Positions 49,254 through 60,458 are shown, numbered from the stretch's first letter. The stretch is 64,000 nt of DNA from Candidatus Latescibacterota bacterium (GCA_965237675.1 OZ250150.1:4512001-4576000), one strand, 5' to 3'. Numbers and translations: made by a program. The notes: generated from the letters alone by a model not told the origin.

Positions 49254-49257
49254 ATAG
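49177..49257 (+). pseudogene. Truncated HEPN gene (26 codons)
   Basis: MSPPERFPPDDPREWLNRARSNLAMA* is identical to the start of 62284..62676; TAG follows the repeat junction. Confidence 0.85.
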
Positions 49258-51557
49258 CACCTTGTTTTTAACGCCAGTCAGGAAGAGTTTTGCTTCATTT
49301 CCAAGTAGGGAGTTGATAGGTACGAGTACAGGGACGTGAGTATCCAGATGCTCCAGCGTATACCCGTCTTCGTGGGTCTCCTTGAAACTGGAAACGCGAA
49401 TTCTCGTTTGGGCTTGCACTATCAAGAGGATTGAGGCCAAAGCCGCAACACTTGTGAAATATCCATGGCAGTTTTGTGTTGGATTCTCAGGAAGCGCCAA
49501 TATTGAACGCCCACGATCTTTTTAATGCGGGCACTGCCGCCGGAATCGTCCCGGAAGGCGATGCCGCGCACCAAGCAGTCGATTCTCTTCGAGGTTATGC
49601 GTATCAGGTCTTGGCGACGACGCTTGCGTGGCTCGATATCGACGAAGACAGTCGACTATTTCTGGAAGTCGCTGAAGACTACGCGACCATAGCGAATCAG
49701 GTGCTTGATGCTGTTCAGGTCAAAGACACGGAAGGATCCGGATCGGTCACCTTGAATAGCGAAGACATCCGCAAAGCGGTTGCCGCGTTTGTCGATCTTG
49801 TCGAGCGAAATCCCGATATTCAGGTTGAGCTGCGTTTCTTTACGACATCGGAGATCGGAACAGAGCAAGCAATTGCTGACCGCCCGGCTGGAATGGCAGG
49901 GCTGGAGTATTGGCGAAAAGTTACCGCTGGGGAGGACCCCGAGCCTCTCCGCGCAATATTAGAGAGCGACAAATTCCCGGAATCCGTAAGAAACTTCTGC
50001 AAGGCTCGTAATAACACCGAGCTCCACTGTGATCTCATTCAGAGAATACGATGGGATTGCGGTAAACGGGACTTTTCGACTCTTCGCCAAGAACTGGAAG
50101 AGCGTCTGGTCGTCGTAGGCCGTGATCGATTCGATCTTCCGTCCCCAGAAGCGCGACGGCTTGCCGATCATCTGGTCTATCAAGTACTCAAAAAATGCAT
50201 CGTCAATAAATCCCAAGATCGCGTTCTTACACTCGCAGACCTTTACTCTGAGATTGATGCAGCCACCCAGATTTCAGTACCGCGCAGGTATTTGGAATCT
50301 CTTGTGCAATCTGCCACGCGCCTGGCGGGATCGCTTAGCGGATACTCGGACGTCGGCAATCCACTTTCCGTTTCAGATACAGGCTGGCTTATTGATGGAA
50401 CCACGCTTCCTGTCGCGCGTGGGATGGTCCCGCGCGTTGCGGTCGAGTCCGCCGTGGCCGATGCTCTCAGAAATTTCGGCGTGGGTGTTTTAACGGGTAG
50501 CAGCGGGCTTGGGAAGTCGATCGTGTCAAGGGCGGCCGCAGTCACGCATTTCGGTGCCTTCCATTTGGTCGAGTTTAGGAATATAGAAACGAACGAGACA
50601 CGGCATCTGCTCGACATAGTTTTCACCCGGATTGAGGGCCTACCGTCGTCGGCTTTGATCCTGGACGACCTTAACCAGATCGACGACACACACGTTAGGT
50701 TGTCGTTGGCACGGGTCATTAAAGCTTCGAAGCGGAACGACCGCATTGTGCTCATAACATGCCACCTGCGCCCTGCCTTGGCTACATTGGCCAGTCTTGG
50801 CCTGAATCAAAGTTGCGTCGTCGAATGTCCATACTTCTCGGAGGAGGAAGTTCGTACACTAGTCCTTGCAAATGGAGGCAGTCCGGATAAATGGGGCCGC
50901 CTCGCCTTTATCGCCGGAGCTTCCGGCCATCCGCAACTGACTCACGCTTTCGTAACTGGAATGGCGGCGAGGGGATGGCCAGCTGGGGAGTTTAGAGACC
51001 TCGTTAATCGTGGTATGTCGTCCGATGATATCGATGCAGTTCGCGACGAAGCCCGCCGGATCCTGATTTCGCGGCTTCCCGAGGAAACACGGAATCTCCT
51101 GTATCGACTCAGTCTTACCATTGGGCGCTTCAGTCGGTCGATGGCATTGACCATAGGAGAGATTCCCTCGGCTTTTTGTAACACAGGTGAATGCATGGAC
51201 CAGTTAGTCGGCCCGTGGATCGAATGGGTTGGCGATGATTCATTCCGAGTCTCACCACTTGCGAGTAACACCGGGCGTGAAATGCTATGTCCCGCCGTCC
51301 AACAAACTATCCATGAATCCTTCGCAGTTCAGATGCTCAAAAAGGGTACAATCGATGCACGCGATGCCAACACCATCATGGCACATGCAATATTAGGTAA
51401 GTCGCCACAGAGCTTATTTGCGCTCGCACAGAGTGTGCTGTCAGCTGATCCTCGCAACGTCGAGATGCTATCGGAACAGTTCCTACTCTTGCGTTTCTCT
51501 CAAGCCGACGTGCCAATCTTGCCGGAGGATCCCTTTGTCTCTGGAATTGTTCGGCTA

Positions 51558-52809
51558 GTGGTCGATTTCAGAAATAGGTATAATGTTGTCTGGAACCGGG
51601 TGTGTGCTTATAATAAGGTTGTCTCCCCGACCGCGTTGGGAGGTAACCGATGCCTGGACCGAAGCCGAAGTATCAACCCGAGTTTGAGACGGAGGAGATC
51701 GCAGAGGCTCGTAGGATTGCACGACAACGAACGGCACCCAGCTCCCATGTTCACCGGGCCAAGATGGTCGTGATCTTGTCGGAGCATCCGGACATCTCGC
51801 ACGAGAGGCTGGCTCAAGCCGTTGGGGTGCACCCGAGAACGGTGATGAAATGGCGAAAGCGCTGGTCGGTTGAGGGTTTTTCACTGTTGGATCAGCCTCG
51901 TAGTGGAAGACCCCCGGTTTTTCCCCCCCGAAAGCGTCGCTGAAATTAAGGCCATCGCCTGCCAATTGCCAGCCGTGCGGGAGATCCCGCTTTCCCGCTT
52001 CAGCCTCGCAGAGATGCTTCGGGAAATCCGTTCGGAGTCCACCGTGTCGATCTCCAGGAGCACGCTGTGGCGTCTCCTCAAACAGGACGCCATTCGTCCC
52101 TGGTTTCACCGATCCTGGATCTCTGTCAAGGATCCGCGCTTTCTGGAAAAAGCGGGCCCCGTTTTGGATCTGTATCAAGGTGATTATGAGGGCGTGCCAC
52201 TGGGGCCCAAAGACTACGTCCTCAGTGCGGACGAGAAATCGCAGCTCCAGATCCTGGAGCGGGAGTTCCCGTGTTCACCGCCGGGACCGGGCAAACCCAT
52301 TCACTGTGAGTCGGACTACAAGCGCCACGGGACCGTGGCCTACCTGGCCGCACTCGATATCAGAAGCGGAAAAATCTTTGGTCGTGTGGATCAAACCACG
52401 GGGATCGAACCCTTTCAGGCTCTGGTCGACCTCGTGATGAAGCAGGAGCCGTATGCTTCGGCCGAACGCGTGTTCTGGATCCTCGACAATGGGGCTTCCC
52501 ATCACCCGTCGACCTCCCCTGCGCGACTCCGGAAGGCTTACCCGAACCTGATCGCCATCCATCTTCCCGTCCACGCAAGCTGGCTCAACCAAATCGAGAT
52601 CTACTTCTCTATCCTTCAAAGAAAGGCACTTACGCCCAACGACCTCGCAGACAGAAAGCAAATGGAAGACCGAATCCTCGGTTTTGAGCGCCGCTACAAC
52701 CAAACTTCCAGACCCTTCAACTGGCGATTCACCCGCAACGACCTCGAAGAAAGGCTCCGCGAACTCAAAATCGCCGCCTAACTTGATACTAACTTCTGAA
52801 ATCGACCAC
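51558..52809 (+). mobile_element. IS630-family insertion sequence (1252 bp), TA duplication in a CTAG target
   Basis: Terminal IRs GTGGTCGATTTCAGAA(ataggtat) / (atactaac)TTCTGAAATCGACCAC; TA at 51556-57 and 52810-11. Confidence 0.93.
51650..52781 (+). CDS. IS630 transposase in two frames (HTH ORF 51650-51943, DDE ORF to 52781) joined at a T5C7 run
   Basis: KWRKRW...L.DQPRSGRP; ADEK, YKRHGT, ILDN...H, P.HASWLNQIEIYF; TTTTTCCCCCCC at 51918-51929. Confidence 0.88.
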
Positions 52810-55569
52810 TAGCGCAATTCAAACTCACGGCTGCTGCCGGTGAAGCAGACGAGATCGCCAAAATTGCGACGGTGTTTTTCAAGGAAATACGGTGCATGCC
52901 AGCCGGCAAGCTGAAATCCGCCCTTGAAGCAATGGCGGTCATCACTGTGCTCGGCACACAGGGGCTTGCGAACCATCTTGATAATTGGGTCACCCTTTTA
53001 CTCGAATTAAAGACCTCAGGAGAGAGCAATGATTTTTTGCAAGACATGATTGCCGGTGCCATGACCGATTTGGATGGCTTGAATTACCTTGATGCGCTTT
53101 TTGACATCGGAAGTGCTGGTCTCACTTCAATAGAGCGACTTGAGCATATCATCAACGAACTTGACAAACTTGATGAGAGCGAGCGAGCGCTATTACTAAC
53201 GCAAATAGACGAAAACTCCTCCGATTATTCCGTGTTGATCAACGGCACCTGGGCTGCGCAAGAGAACAGCGGGGATTTTAACACAAGCGACGCCGTGATT
53301 CGCTATCAGCGGATGGCGAAAACGACGCGGAGGTGGGGGATCCGCACCTTCTCCCACCAATGTTCGGTTGCCCAAGCGGTGATCCTTGACGAGCATGAGA
53401 ATAAGAAAGATTGTGCCGTGGCAGTTCTTAACGAGGCAGCTACGGCTCTAGGCGACGACCTAATCCTTCGCAGCGCATTAGCCAACATTCACTGGCGCCA
53501 TCATGAAAATCAGGCCGCCTTCGAAATCTATCGTAGTTTGGTGGATCATGTTGGCGGAACCGATCCAGCCGAGCGTGCTTTCTTGCTGCGCAAGGCGGCT
53601 ATGAGTTCGGCAAAATGCGATGAATGGGCGCTAGCGGCAACGTGGTTTCTTAACGCGCAGAGCGCTGCCAAATTAGCTCATGGCGATACAATGTACGCGT
53701 TCGCGATCGGCTTGGGTGCCGATTCCGCGGTGGCGGCTTTTAAGGCCGGAAATGTGGAACAGGCGTTAAAGCGCTTTGCGGACGCGTTGAAGGCCTTGGC
53801 GGATGTCGACCCAAAGGCGACACTGCAAGGGACGTACTGCCATCTTGTTATTCGGGAATGCATACTTTGGGCACAATCCCGCATCGAGGGAAGCAAAGCC
53901 AAGATTGGCGGAGAGCGTATAGGAATGGAGGCGGGTTCCTGCAGCAATACCAGCCCCTCTCCTGCAATCCGGGAACATCCAATTGCACACCTTGATGTTG
54001 CTTGGTACCTGTTGGCCAGGGTGGAAACCGCGGCCGGCATCAACGCTGGAATCACTGATAAACTTGGCCAACTGCTGGTTAAAGATTCGATCCCGCTAAT
54101 GGAAGTGGAGTTGCGCACAAAAATGATTCAAGCGGATGTCGATACGCTCGATGCCGAGAAATTCACGTCTCACTTCATGCCGTACGTCGAATCCGCTGTA
54201 TACTTGTCAAAGGAAGCCCGTCGACTTCGCGAGCCGCTTGATCCGTTGGCACCAAAAAGAGGGCAGATCCCGGCGCTGGACAAGAATGGACCATTTGATA
54301 CTGTGGCCGAACGGGTGGCGAAAGATGCGATCATAGTTTTCGGCATCCGCTCCGCCATCGAAAACCAACCGGAGGCGATGACGAAGCTTGAAAGCGGCTT
54401 GGAGGGCCGATTTAGAGGCCCGTTTCCCGGTAAACTCTTATTCGATTATTGGAGTGAGAGGACACGGTCAATTGAGCAACTGGATAATGTTGTATTAGAC
54501 ATTATCAAGTCGTTTCTACGAAACGTGAACGTCGAACCGAATGGCTTTTGGATGGCGGGGTTGCGTTTCTTCGAGTGGTTAGACCAATCCATGTTTAAGG
54601 GTGTCATGACAACCCGCCTCGCCGCTTGGCAGAGGGCTGGATGGAAGCGTATACTAGCCGCAGAGTCGTTTCGCCTTTCAAGGCCTCTACAGACTGTACC
54701 CAGCATTCAGGAAGTCTTGGCGATACCTGAAGACGACCGGAGTTTTGTCGCGAAGCTTCTCCTTGTAACTTCCGAAGCCGTCGATTCCCCGCTGGGATTG
54801 GAGTATCGTCGCCGCCTTGAGGATATGGTGGAGCATTGAAGATCAATCGCGTAGCGAGATTGTATAGCCTCCTAAAAATGCAGTTCGGCCCGGTGGAACG
54901 GCAGTCCCACAGTCGTCACGATGCTCCTTGACGCTGCGGCTGATCACAACGCACATAATTTGGGACGGCATCGTTTCCTACAACTTTGTCTTGAAGAAAT
55001 ATCTTCGGTTCGTGAGATTCGTACCCGTTCAATCAAATGACCGAATATGGTAACCTGCCCCTCAGAACGCCCAATTCAGGCTGAAACAGGTGATAGTGAA
55101 AAGAGTCGGTGGGATGCGTTTGAGTTCGAAGGCCGTGATCTAACGTGGGCGCCATGCGCATTCTCTGGTTCTGGCGAACTGACCGATCGTCCAGAACTAG
55201 AATCGTGCGTGAGGCCGCTACTACTACTCTGTTGATTTCCAGTTCTGGACCGATAAGTCCCTATATTTCTGCAGATATCCGAAGGACGCGAAATCCATTC
55301 GTAATTCGTAATGGGCTGTATCTTCGGAGCTTACTGCACAACCCCTAACCGGTGTTGCGCAGAAGATGGAGACACACTAGGAGTCTGCGCCGCAGGAGTT
55401 TTTGCAAAGGGCGAGATGTGTCTGTGTTGGGTTCGGTGTTATGTTGGGAGTGGTATGATGAGTTTCGGGCGGGGGCATCACGGCAGTCAGGCGTGTTGAG
55501 GACGAGATATTAGGGATCGTGGCTTCCCGTATGTCGAGTCCACAAGCACAGGACGCCCGAACTCATGCC

Positions 55570-56892
55570 TCAACACATCGTCAACGCTGCCATCCGCTTG
55601 GCGTTCAACGCCAGGCAGACCAGGTCCCACTCGGCACGCACCTTTTCCAGACCCCGGAAGCTGAAGCGTCGGAAGCCCAATATCTCCTTGATCCATCCGT
55701 TGGGCGCCTCCGAGAGCCACTTGCGCTTCGCATACAGGCCCCGACCTTCCGGGCTCGCCAGTTTTTCGCCCATGCGATGCGTCGCCGGAAGCGTCTCCGA
55801 ATCGACGTCCACCCTTTCCTTGCCCTCCCGCCCCAGCGCCACGTAACCATCGATGCCACGTTCCTCAAGCGTGGCCAAGTCCTCCTCGTTGCAGTATCCC
55901 GCGTCCGCCAGAACCGCACCGGGCTTGACCCCGAATGTCTCTTGCACTCCATCCAGCAAAGGGAGCATAAAGCCCTGATCGGTGGCCTGTGACCCCAGAT
56001 GCGCAGCCACGATGATCTGACGCTCGGCGTCCACCACCGTCTGCGCGTTGTAGCACTGCTGGAAACCCTCCGCGCTCGTCTTCATGATCCGAGACTCGGG
56101 GTCCGTGAAGTTGCTCTGAGCCTTCGGGTCGGGCTCGCCATAAGCTCTTTTGTAAGGCCGCCCGCCCTTCGGGTTGCGCTTCTGACCGGGTTTGCGCCCG
56201 CGCGCATCGTCGGCCGCCCGTTGCGATGCTTTTAGACGCTCCCGAGCCGCCTTGATCGCCGCCAGACGAACCTGCCTGCGCTGCAACTCGACCGGCAACT
56301 CGTCGCCACGAACATCCGCGCCGTAACGCGCGTCCTCGTCGGCATCAATCGACACAGCCCCCGCCAGCAACGCCTCGATCTCTTTCTCCAGACGAGCCTG
56401 TTCCTTCAACATCCGCTCGTAACTCATGGCCTTGCGCTTGCTCGCCTTCGCTCGTACCTTCGTGCCGTCTAAAGAGAGCGTCCCGAAACGTACCAGACCC
56501 ATCTCCCGCGCCACACCAACCACCTCCACGAACAAACGCCCGAAATCTTTTAGGTGACGACGACGAAACTCGCAGATCGTCCGGTGTTGTGGAAAATTGC
56601 CCGCCGCCAACATACGAAACGCCACGTCCTCCTCCAGCTTCCGAGCGATCGCTCGAGACGAAAACACACCCGTCGCGTACCCATATATCAATACCTTCAA
56701 CATCATCGATGGCTCATAAGGCGCGTTGCGACGCCCATCACCTTCATAGGGAGCATAGAACGACCCCAGATCCAGTGAATCCACCAGATCGCTCACCTGG
56801 TGCGACAGATGTCCTTCAGGCACCCACTCCCGAAGATCAGGCGCCAACAGCAATATCTGGTCCGGGTGATACGCACGAAAGGTCGTCGGCAT
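55570..56892 (-). CDS. IS1182 family transposase
   Basis: F..Y.PDQ.LL, PY.P.MMLKVLIYGYATGVFSSR.I, P.HRTI..FR, LDGTK..A.AS, NFTDPESRIM, YNAQ, LADAGY, Y.KR...E. Confidence 0.93.
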   Translation of the reverse strand: MPTTFRAYHPDQILLLAPDLREWVPEGHLSHQVSDLVDSLDLGSFYAPYEGDGRRNAPYEPSMMLKVLIYGYATGVFSSRAIARKLEEDVAFRMLAAGNFPQHRTICEFRRRHLKDFGRLFVEVVGVAREMGLVRFGTLSLDGTKVRAKASKRKAMSYERMLKEQARLEKEIEALLAGAVSIDADEDARYGADVRGDELPVELQRRQVRLAAIKAARERLKASQRAADDARGRKPGQKRNPKGGRPYKRAYGEPDPKAQSNFTDPESRIMKTSAEGFQQCYNAQTVVDAERQIIVAAHLGSQATDQGFMLPLLDGVQETFGVKPGAVLADAGYCNEEDLATLEERGIDGYVALGREGKERVDVDSETLPATHRMGEKLASPEGRGLYAKRKWLSEAPNGWIKEILGFRRFSFRGLEKVRAEWDLVCLALNAKRMAALTMC

Positions 56893-56960
56893 CGATAGCT
56901 CCCTCCGTTGACACAACTCACAACCTCTTTACTGCTTGACATTTCTCAACTGCACGACCC

Positions 56961-56989
56961 ATTATACCTACCATTACCTGTCCGTTGAA
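56961..56989 (-). promoter_or_regulatory. Putative IS1182 transposase promoter (TTCAAC-17-TATAAT)
   Basis: Perfect -10 at 56966-56961, -35 at 56989-56984, inside the IS end. Confidence 0.5.
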
Positions 56990-57029
56990 ATGGATTTTTC
57001 TGCGGCGCAGACTCCTAGGAGTTATCAGT

Positions 57030-59258
57030 ATGGCAAAAAGCGTTACATCGGCAGGACAACGTCCTGTTTGGTTTATGGGCGCCATATACAACGGCCGAGA
57101 CGACCAGACGCCTAGATTCTTGGCGGAAGGCTGTTGGGAGAACGGTTACAAGGACCAATACATCGAAGACGTGAAGTCTATACTGCCGGGCGACAGGATC
57201 GCCATCAAAGCCACATACACTCGGAAGAAGGACCTGCCTTTCGACAATCGTGGGCAACCGGTCTCCGTAATGGCGATCAAAGCCACTGGTACGGTAGAGA
57301 AGAATATGGGCGATGGCCGTCACTTGAAGGTCGCCTGGACTCCGGTTGATTCTCGGCGGGAGTGGTTCTTTTACACCAACCGAAAAACCGTTTGGAAGGT
57401 GCATCATGGGTCAGGTACCTGGCCATACGCTGCAGACTCCCTGATCAGGTTCGCATTCGATGACGGACATCAGGACATCAGTCGCTTTCGCAATGAACCA
57501 TACTGGCGAGAGCGATTCGGTGACCAGCCCGTTGGCGACGAACGGTTTAAATGGACGAAGTTCTATGCGGAGGTCGCCGACAAGCTCCTCGCATACCGCA
57601 ACGACCGTGGACCACTAATCGAAGCAATCCATGAAATCGCTGGCCGACTAAACCAGTCGTTCCCCATTCGAGACCGTTTCGAAAATGGTGACGTAGGACC
57701 GATGCAGGATATCTGCCCCTTTACTACCATCGGGTATTTCAATCGAGGCATTTCTGACGCCAATCGACAATCCATCGCCGGAGAACTAGCAAATTTCCTG
57801 GATGTGAAAGAGCCAGTACCAAAGTTCAATTCAACTTCTGATGGAATTCCTGTCCTAAACAACCAGAATACCTGGTTTTTCAGTTACGCAAAGAACCGCA
57901 AGCCGGACGATATCGACGCGCTGTGGGAAATCTTTTCATACGCCACTGAATTCGCTGATGCAGATGATGAACCAGATCTTCCGGCATTCATACGCTGCTA
58001 CGATGATGCTATGTCACGCAGAATGGTTGGCCGCAAACTCTCCATGGGACTCTATTGGATTCGTGCGTGGAGTTATCCCACTCTCGATAGTCACTCCACC
58101 CGATACATCAGAGAAAAACTGAAAGAGCCAATACCTCCAGACTACAAGCCAAACGCCGAGGAGTACCTGGAATTGCGGGAAAGACTGTTGGAACGGTTTC
58201 ATGATGACGTCTACCCGGTCCATTCATTCCCGGAGTTGTCGTGGGCGGCGTACCAACTAGCTCGCGGCGTTGACAAGAACGAACAAATTAACAACGGCCA
58301 GTCAACGATTGACACGAAATTGGAAAGCAATGGGTTGGTAGGCGTCACTTATGAACGTGAACCCGACCCCTTGTACACCATCGAAGACATCGTGGACGAC
58401 GGTTGTTTCCTCGAACTTCCCAAACTACGAACGGCCCTTGGCCGATTGGAAAGCAAAAAGAACCTGATCTTCCAGGGTCCGCCTGGTACCGGGAAGACTT
58501 GGTTGGCCAAAAGGCTGGCATTCGCGCTTATTGGTCGTAAGTACGAGCATTGCGTCCGGCAGTTTCAGTTTCACCCGAACCTGTCGTACGAAGATTTCGT
58601 CAGAGGGTACCGTCCCGAAGAAGGGGGATTAACCCTGGTTGATGGACCGTTCTTCAAGGTGATCGAAGAAGCGAGGAACGACCCCGAAAACAGGTACGTC
58701 GTCGTGATCGAGGAAATCAACCGGGGCAACCCGGCCCATATTTTCGGTGAGATGCTTACATTGTTGGAAGCAGACAAAAGGAGTTCCCGTGATGCGTTGG
58801 CCGTCGCCTACCCGCGTGCAGATGACGAACGGATCTACATTCCACCCAACGTGTACCTGATCGGCACGATGAACTTGGCCGATCGTTCCTTGGCCTTGGT
58901 TGACTTCGCTCTACGCCGCCGGTTTACGTTTGTCGACCTGGAACCCAATTTTGGGAGACTCTGGCGTCAATGGATGCAGGAGCATTGCGACATCAGTGAG
59001 GATTTTCTGCGGAATGTTGAACGTCGCATGGTTTCTCTTAATCAGGCTATCACATCTGACCCAAATCTCGGAAGACAGTTCCGCGTGGGGCACAGCTACG
59101 TAACAGCCCCACCCAACACACCTATAGACAACCCGCAGGCCTGGTTCGGAGAGGTGGTCGAAACAGAAATCGGACCTCTACTGGAGGAATACTGGTTCGA
59201 CCCTTCAGACGAAGCCAAAGCCAGGACGCAAAAACAGAATCTTCTCCGTGACATCTGA
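57030..59258 (+). CDS. mcrB: McrB-family AAA+ GTPase (type IV modification-dependent restriction) with long N-terminal region
   Basis: KKNLI.QGPPGTGKT, QFHPNLSYEDFV.G, IEEINRGN, FGE, GTMNLADRS, DFALRRRF, VGHSY; AGGAG RBS. Confidence 0.92.
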   Translation: MAKSVTSAGQRPVWFMGAIYNGRDDQTPRFLAEGCWENGYKDQYIEDVKSILPGDRIAIKATYTRKKDLPFDNRGQPVSVMAIKATGTVEKNMGDGRHLKVAWTPVDSRREWFFYTNRKTVWKVHHGSGTWPYAADSLIRFAFDDGHQDISRFRNEPYWRERFGDQPVGDERFKWTKFYAEVADKLLAYRNDRGPLIEAIHEIAGRLNQSFPIRDRFENGDVGPMQDICPFTTIGYFNRGISDANRQSIAGELANFLDVKEPVPKFNSTSDGIPVLNNQNTWFFSYAKNRKPDDIDALWEIFSYATEFADADDEPDLPAFIRCYDDAMSRRMVGRKLSMGLYWIRAWSYPTLDSHSTRYIREKLKEPIPPDYKPNAEEYLELRERLLERFHDDVYPVHSFPELSWAAYQLARGVDKNEQINNGQSTIDTKLESNGLVGVTYEREPDPLYTIEDIVDDGCFLELPKLRTALGRLESKKNLIFQGPPGTGKTWLAKRLAFALIGRKYEHCVRQFQFHPNLSYEDFVRGYRPEEGGLTLVDGPFFKVIEEARNDPENRYVVVIEEINRGNPAHIFGEMLTLLEADKRSSRDALAVAYPRADDERIYIPPNVYLIGTMNLADRSLALVDFALRRRFTFVDLEPNFGRLWRQWMQEHCDISEDFLRNVERRMVSLNQAITSDPNLGRQFRVGHSYVTAPPNTPIDNPQAWFGEVVETEIGPLLEEYWFDPSDEAKARTQKQNLLRDI

Positions 59259-60430
59259 TGACAACGATTGACACTGGGGACGTGCGGTCCCATCGGCATA
59301 CCGTCGGCAGGATTCCTATCAGGAACATCTGGCTATTGATGCTATACGCCTCCAACCTCTACAAGGAGCTTTCTCCCGCCCGGAGAGTCGCCGTAGAGGA
59401 CAACCCTGACGAAATTCCCGATCTGGTAGCTGAGATACTTACCCGCTCCGTCGAACGGCGGATGCGGCGTAATCTCAGCTTCGCGTTTCAAACTAGGAAC
59501 GATGAACTCCGTCGGGTACGGGGCAGCATTGACCTCCTGCTAACCGAAAGGCGTCAGATGTTGCAGCGTGGCAAGGTCGCCTGCCGGTACGAGGCACTTA
59601 CGGTTGATACACCCCGGAATCGGTTTGTACGTGCGGCCGTAAGGCAGTTGTCCAAAGTTGTCCGGAGATCCGAGTTGGTTTCCCGCTGCCGCGTTGCAGA
59701 AGCCCGCCTGGAGCGCGCCGGCGTAAGCTCGGAGCCAGCCTTCGACCACCCACGAGGGCGCAGCGGCGTTGCTGCCGAACTGCGAGGACGGATGGATCCT
59801 GAGGATTGGCGAATGATGGCCGCCGCCTTTCTATCCTTCAACCTCGCTCTGCCAACCGAGGACGCAGGAGGGATGTATCTGTCGTCACCGGATCGGGACG
59901 AAATCTGGGCCAGGAGACTATTCGAGGCGGCCGTGGGAGGATTCTACCGCGTCGTGCTTCCCGAGTATGGCTGGAACACATACACCGGTACTCGAATTCA
60001 TTGGCCAGTGGAACACGCCACTAATGGACTGATGAATTTGCTCCCGTCGATGAAAACAGATATCGTTCTGGAACGTGCAGACCGGGAAAACCCGACCGGA
60101 GTACGGCGAATCGTGATCGACACCAAGTTTACGTCCATTCTAACGCCAGGTCGGTACCGGGACGAGGCGTTCCGAAGTGGATACATCTATCAAATATACG
60201 CTTATTTGAGATCTCAGGAGCGATACGAGGATCCCTGTTCACTCGACGCCGCAGGAATGTTGCTCCACCCGTCGGTTGAAGGCGACGTCCACGAAACCGC
60301 GGTCATTCAAGGCCATGAAGTTCGCTTTGCCACCGTCAATCTTGCGGCCGGCAGCCGGGAGATTCGGGATCGGCTGCTCCTCATTGTGTCCGGAGGCCCG
60401 CCCAATTTCAACACCGGATCGAATGCCTGA
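59258..60430 (+). CDS. mcrC: McrC restriction endonuclease subunit
   Basis: IPIRNIWLLMLYA, RVRG.ID, DTPRNR, LFE.AVGGFY, M.TDIVL, IDTK, YQIYAYL, GMLLHP; TGATG coupling with mcrB. Confidence 0.92.
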   Translation: MTTIDTGDVRSHRHTVGRIPIRNIWLLMLYASNLYKELSPARRVAVEDNPDEIPDLVAEILTRSVERRMRRNLSFAFQTRNDELRRVRGSIDLLLTERRQMLQRGKVACRYEALTVDTPRNRFVRAAVRQLSKVVRRSELVSRCRVAEARLERAGVSSEPAFDHPRGRSGVAAELRGRMDPEDWRMMAAAFLSFNLALPTEDAGGMYLSSPDRDEIWARRLFEAAVGGFYRVVLPEYGWNTYTGTRIHWPVEHATNGLMNLLPSMKTDIVLERADRENPTGVRRIVIDTKFTSILTPGRYRDEAFRSGYIYQIYAYLRSQERYEDPCSLDAAGMLLHPSVEGDVHETAVIQGHEVRFATVNLAAGSREIRDRLLLIVSGGPPNFNTGSNA

Positions 60431-60458
60431 TTGATGCCAACGAAGAAAGCCAGAGAAC

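Larger units (their letters stand above)
49476..54839 (+). pseudogene. Cap4/DUF4297-like nuclease + STAND NTPase + TPR-like helical protein (Avs/NLR-like, ~1369 aa) interrupted by IS630
   Basis: GYAYQ...LEVAED.......QVK nuclease motif; Walker A GSSGLGKS, Walker B LILDD, GHP motif; removing the IS plus one TA gives in-frame ...GIVRL|AQFKLTAAAGEADEIAKIATVFFKE... joining ORFs 49476 and 52872. Confidence 0.85.
55381..57014 (-). mobile_element. IS1182-family insertion sequence (1634 bp) flanked by CTAG
   Basis: Perfect 15-bp terminal IRs GAGTCTGCGCCGCAG (55381-95) / CTGCGGCGCAGACTC (57000-14); CTAG at 55377-80 and 57015-18. Confidence 0.92.

Noticed and set aside
49476-51773. 765-aa ORF as a complete gene
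   Set aside because: The last ~72 codons are read-through into the IS630 left end; the true continuation is at 52812
54865-54955. attC-like sequence after the STAND gene (CCTAAAAATGCAG...GCGGCTGATCACAACG)
   Set aside because: Lacks proper RYYYAAC/GTTRRRY ends and arm complementarity; no second copy or integron integrase
51558-57014. Composite transposon formed by the two IS
   Set aside because: Different families, each with its own target duplication, and the IS630 sits inside a gene whose halves are both present, so these are independent insertions
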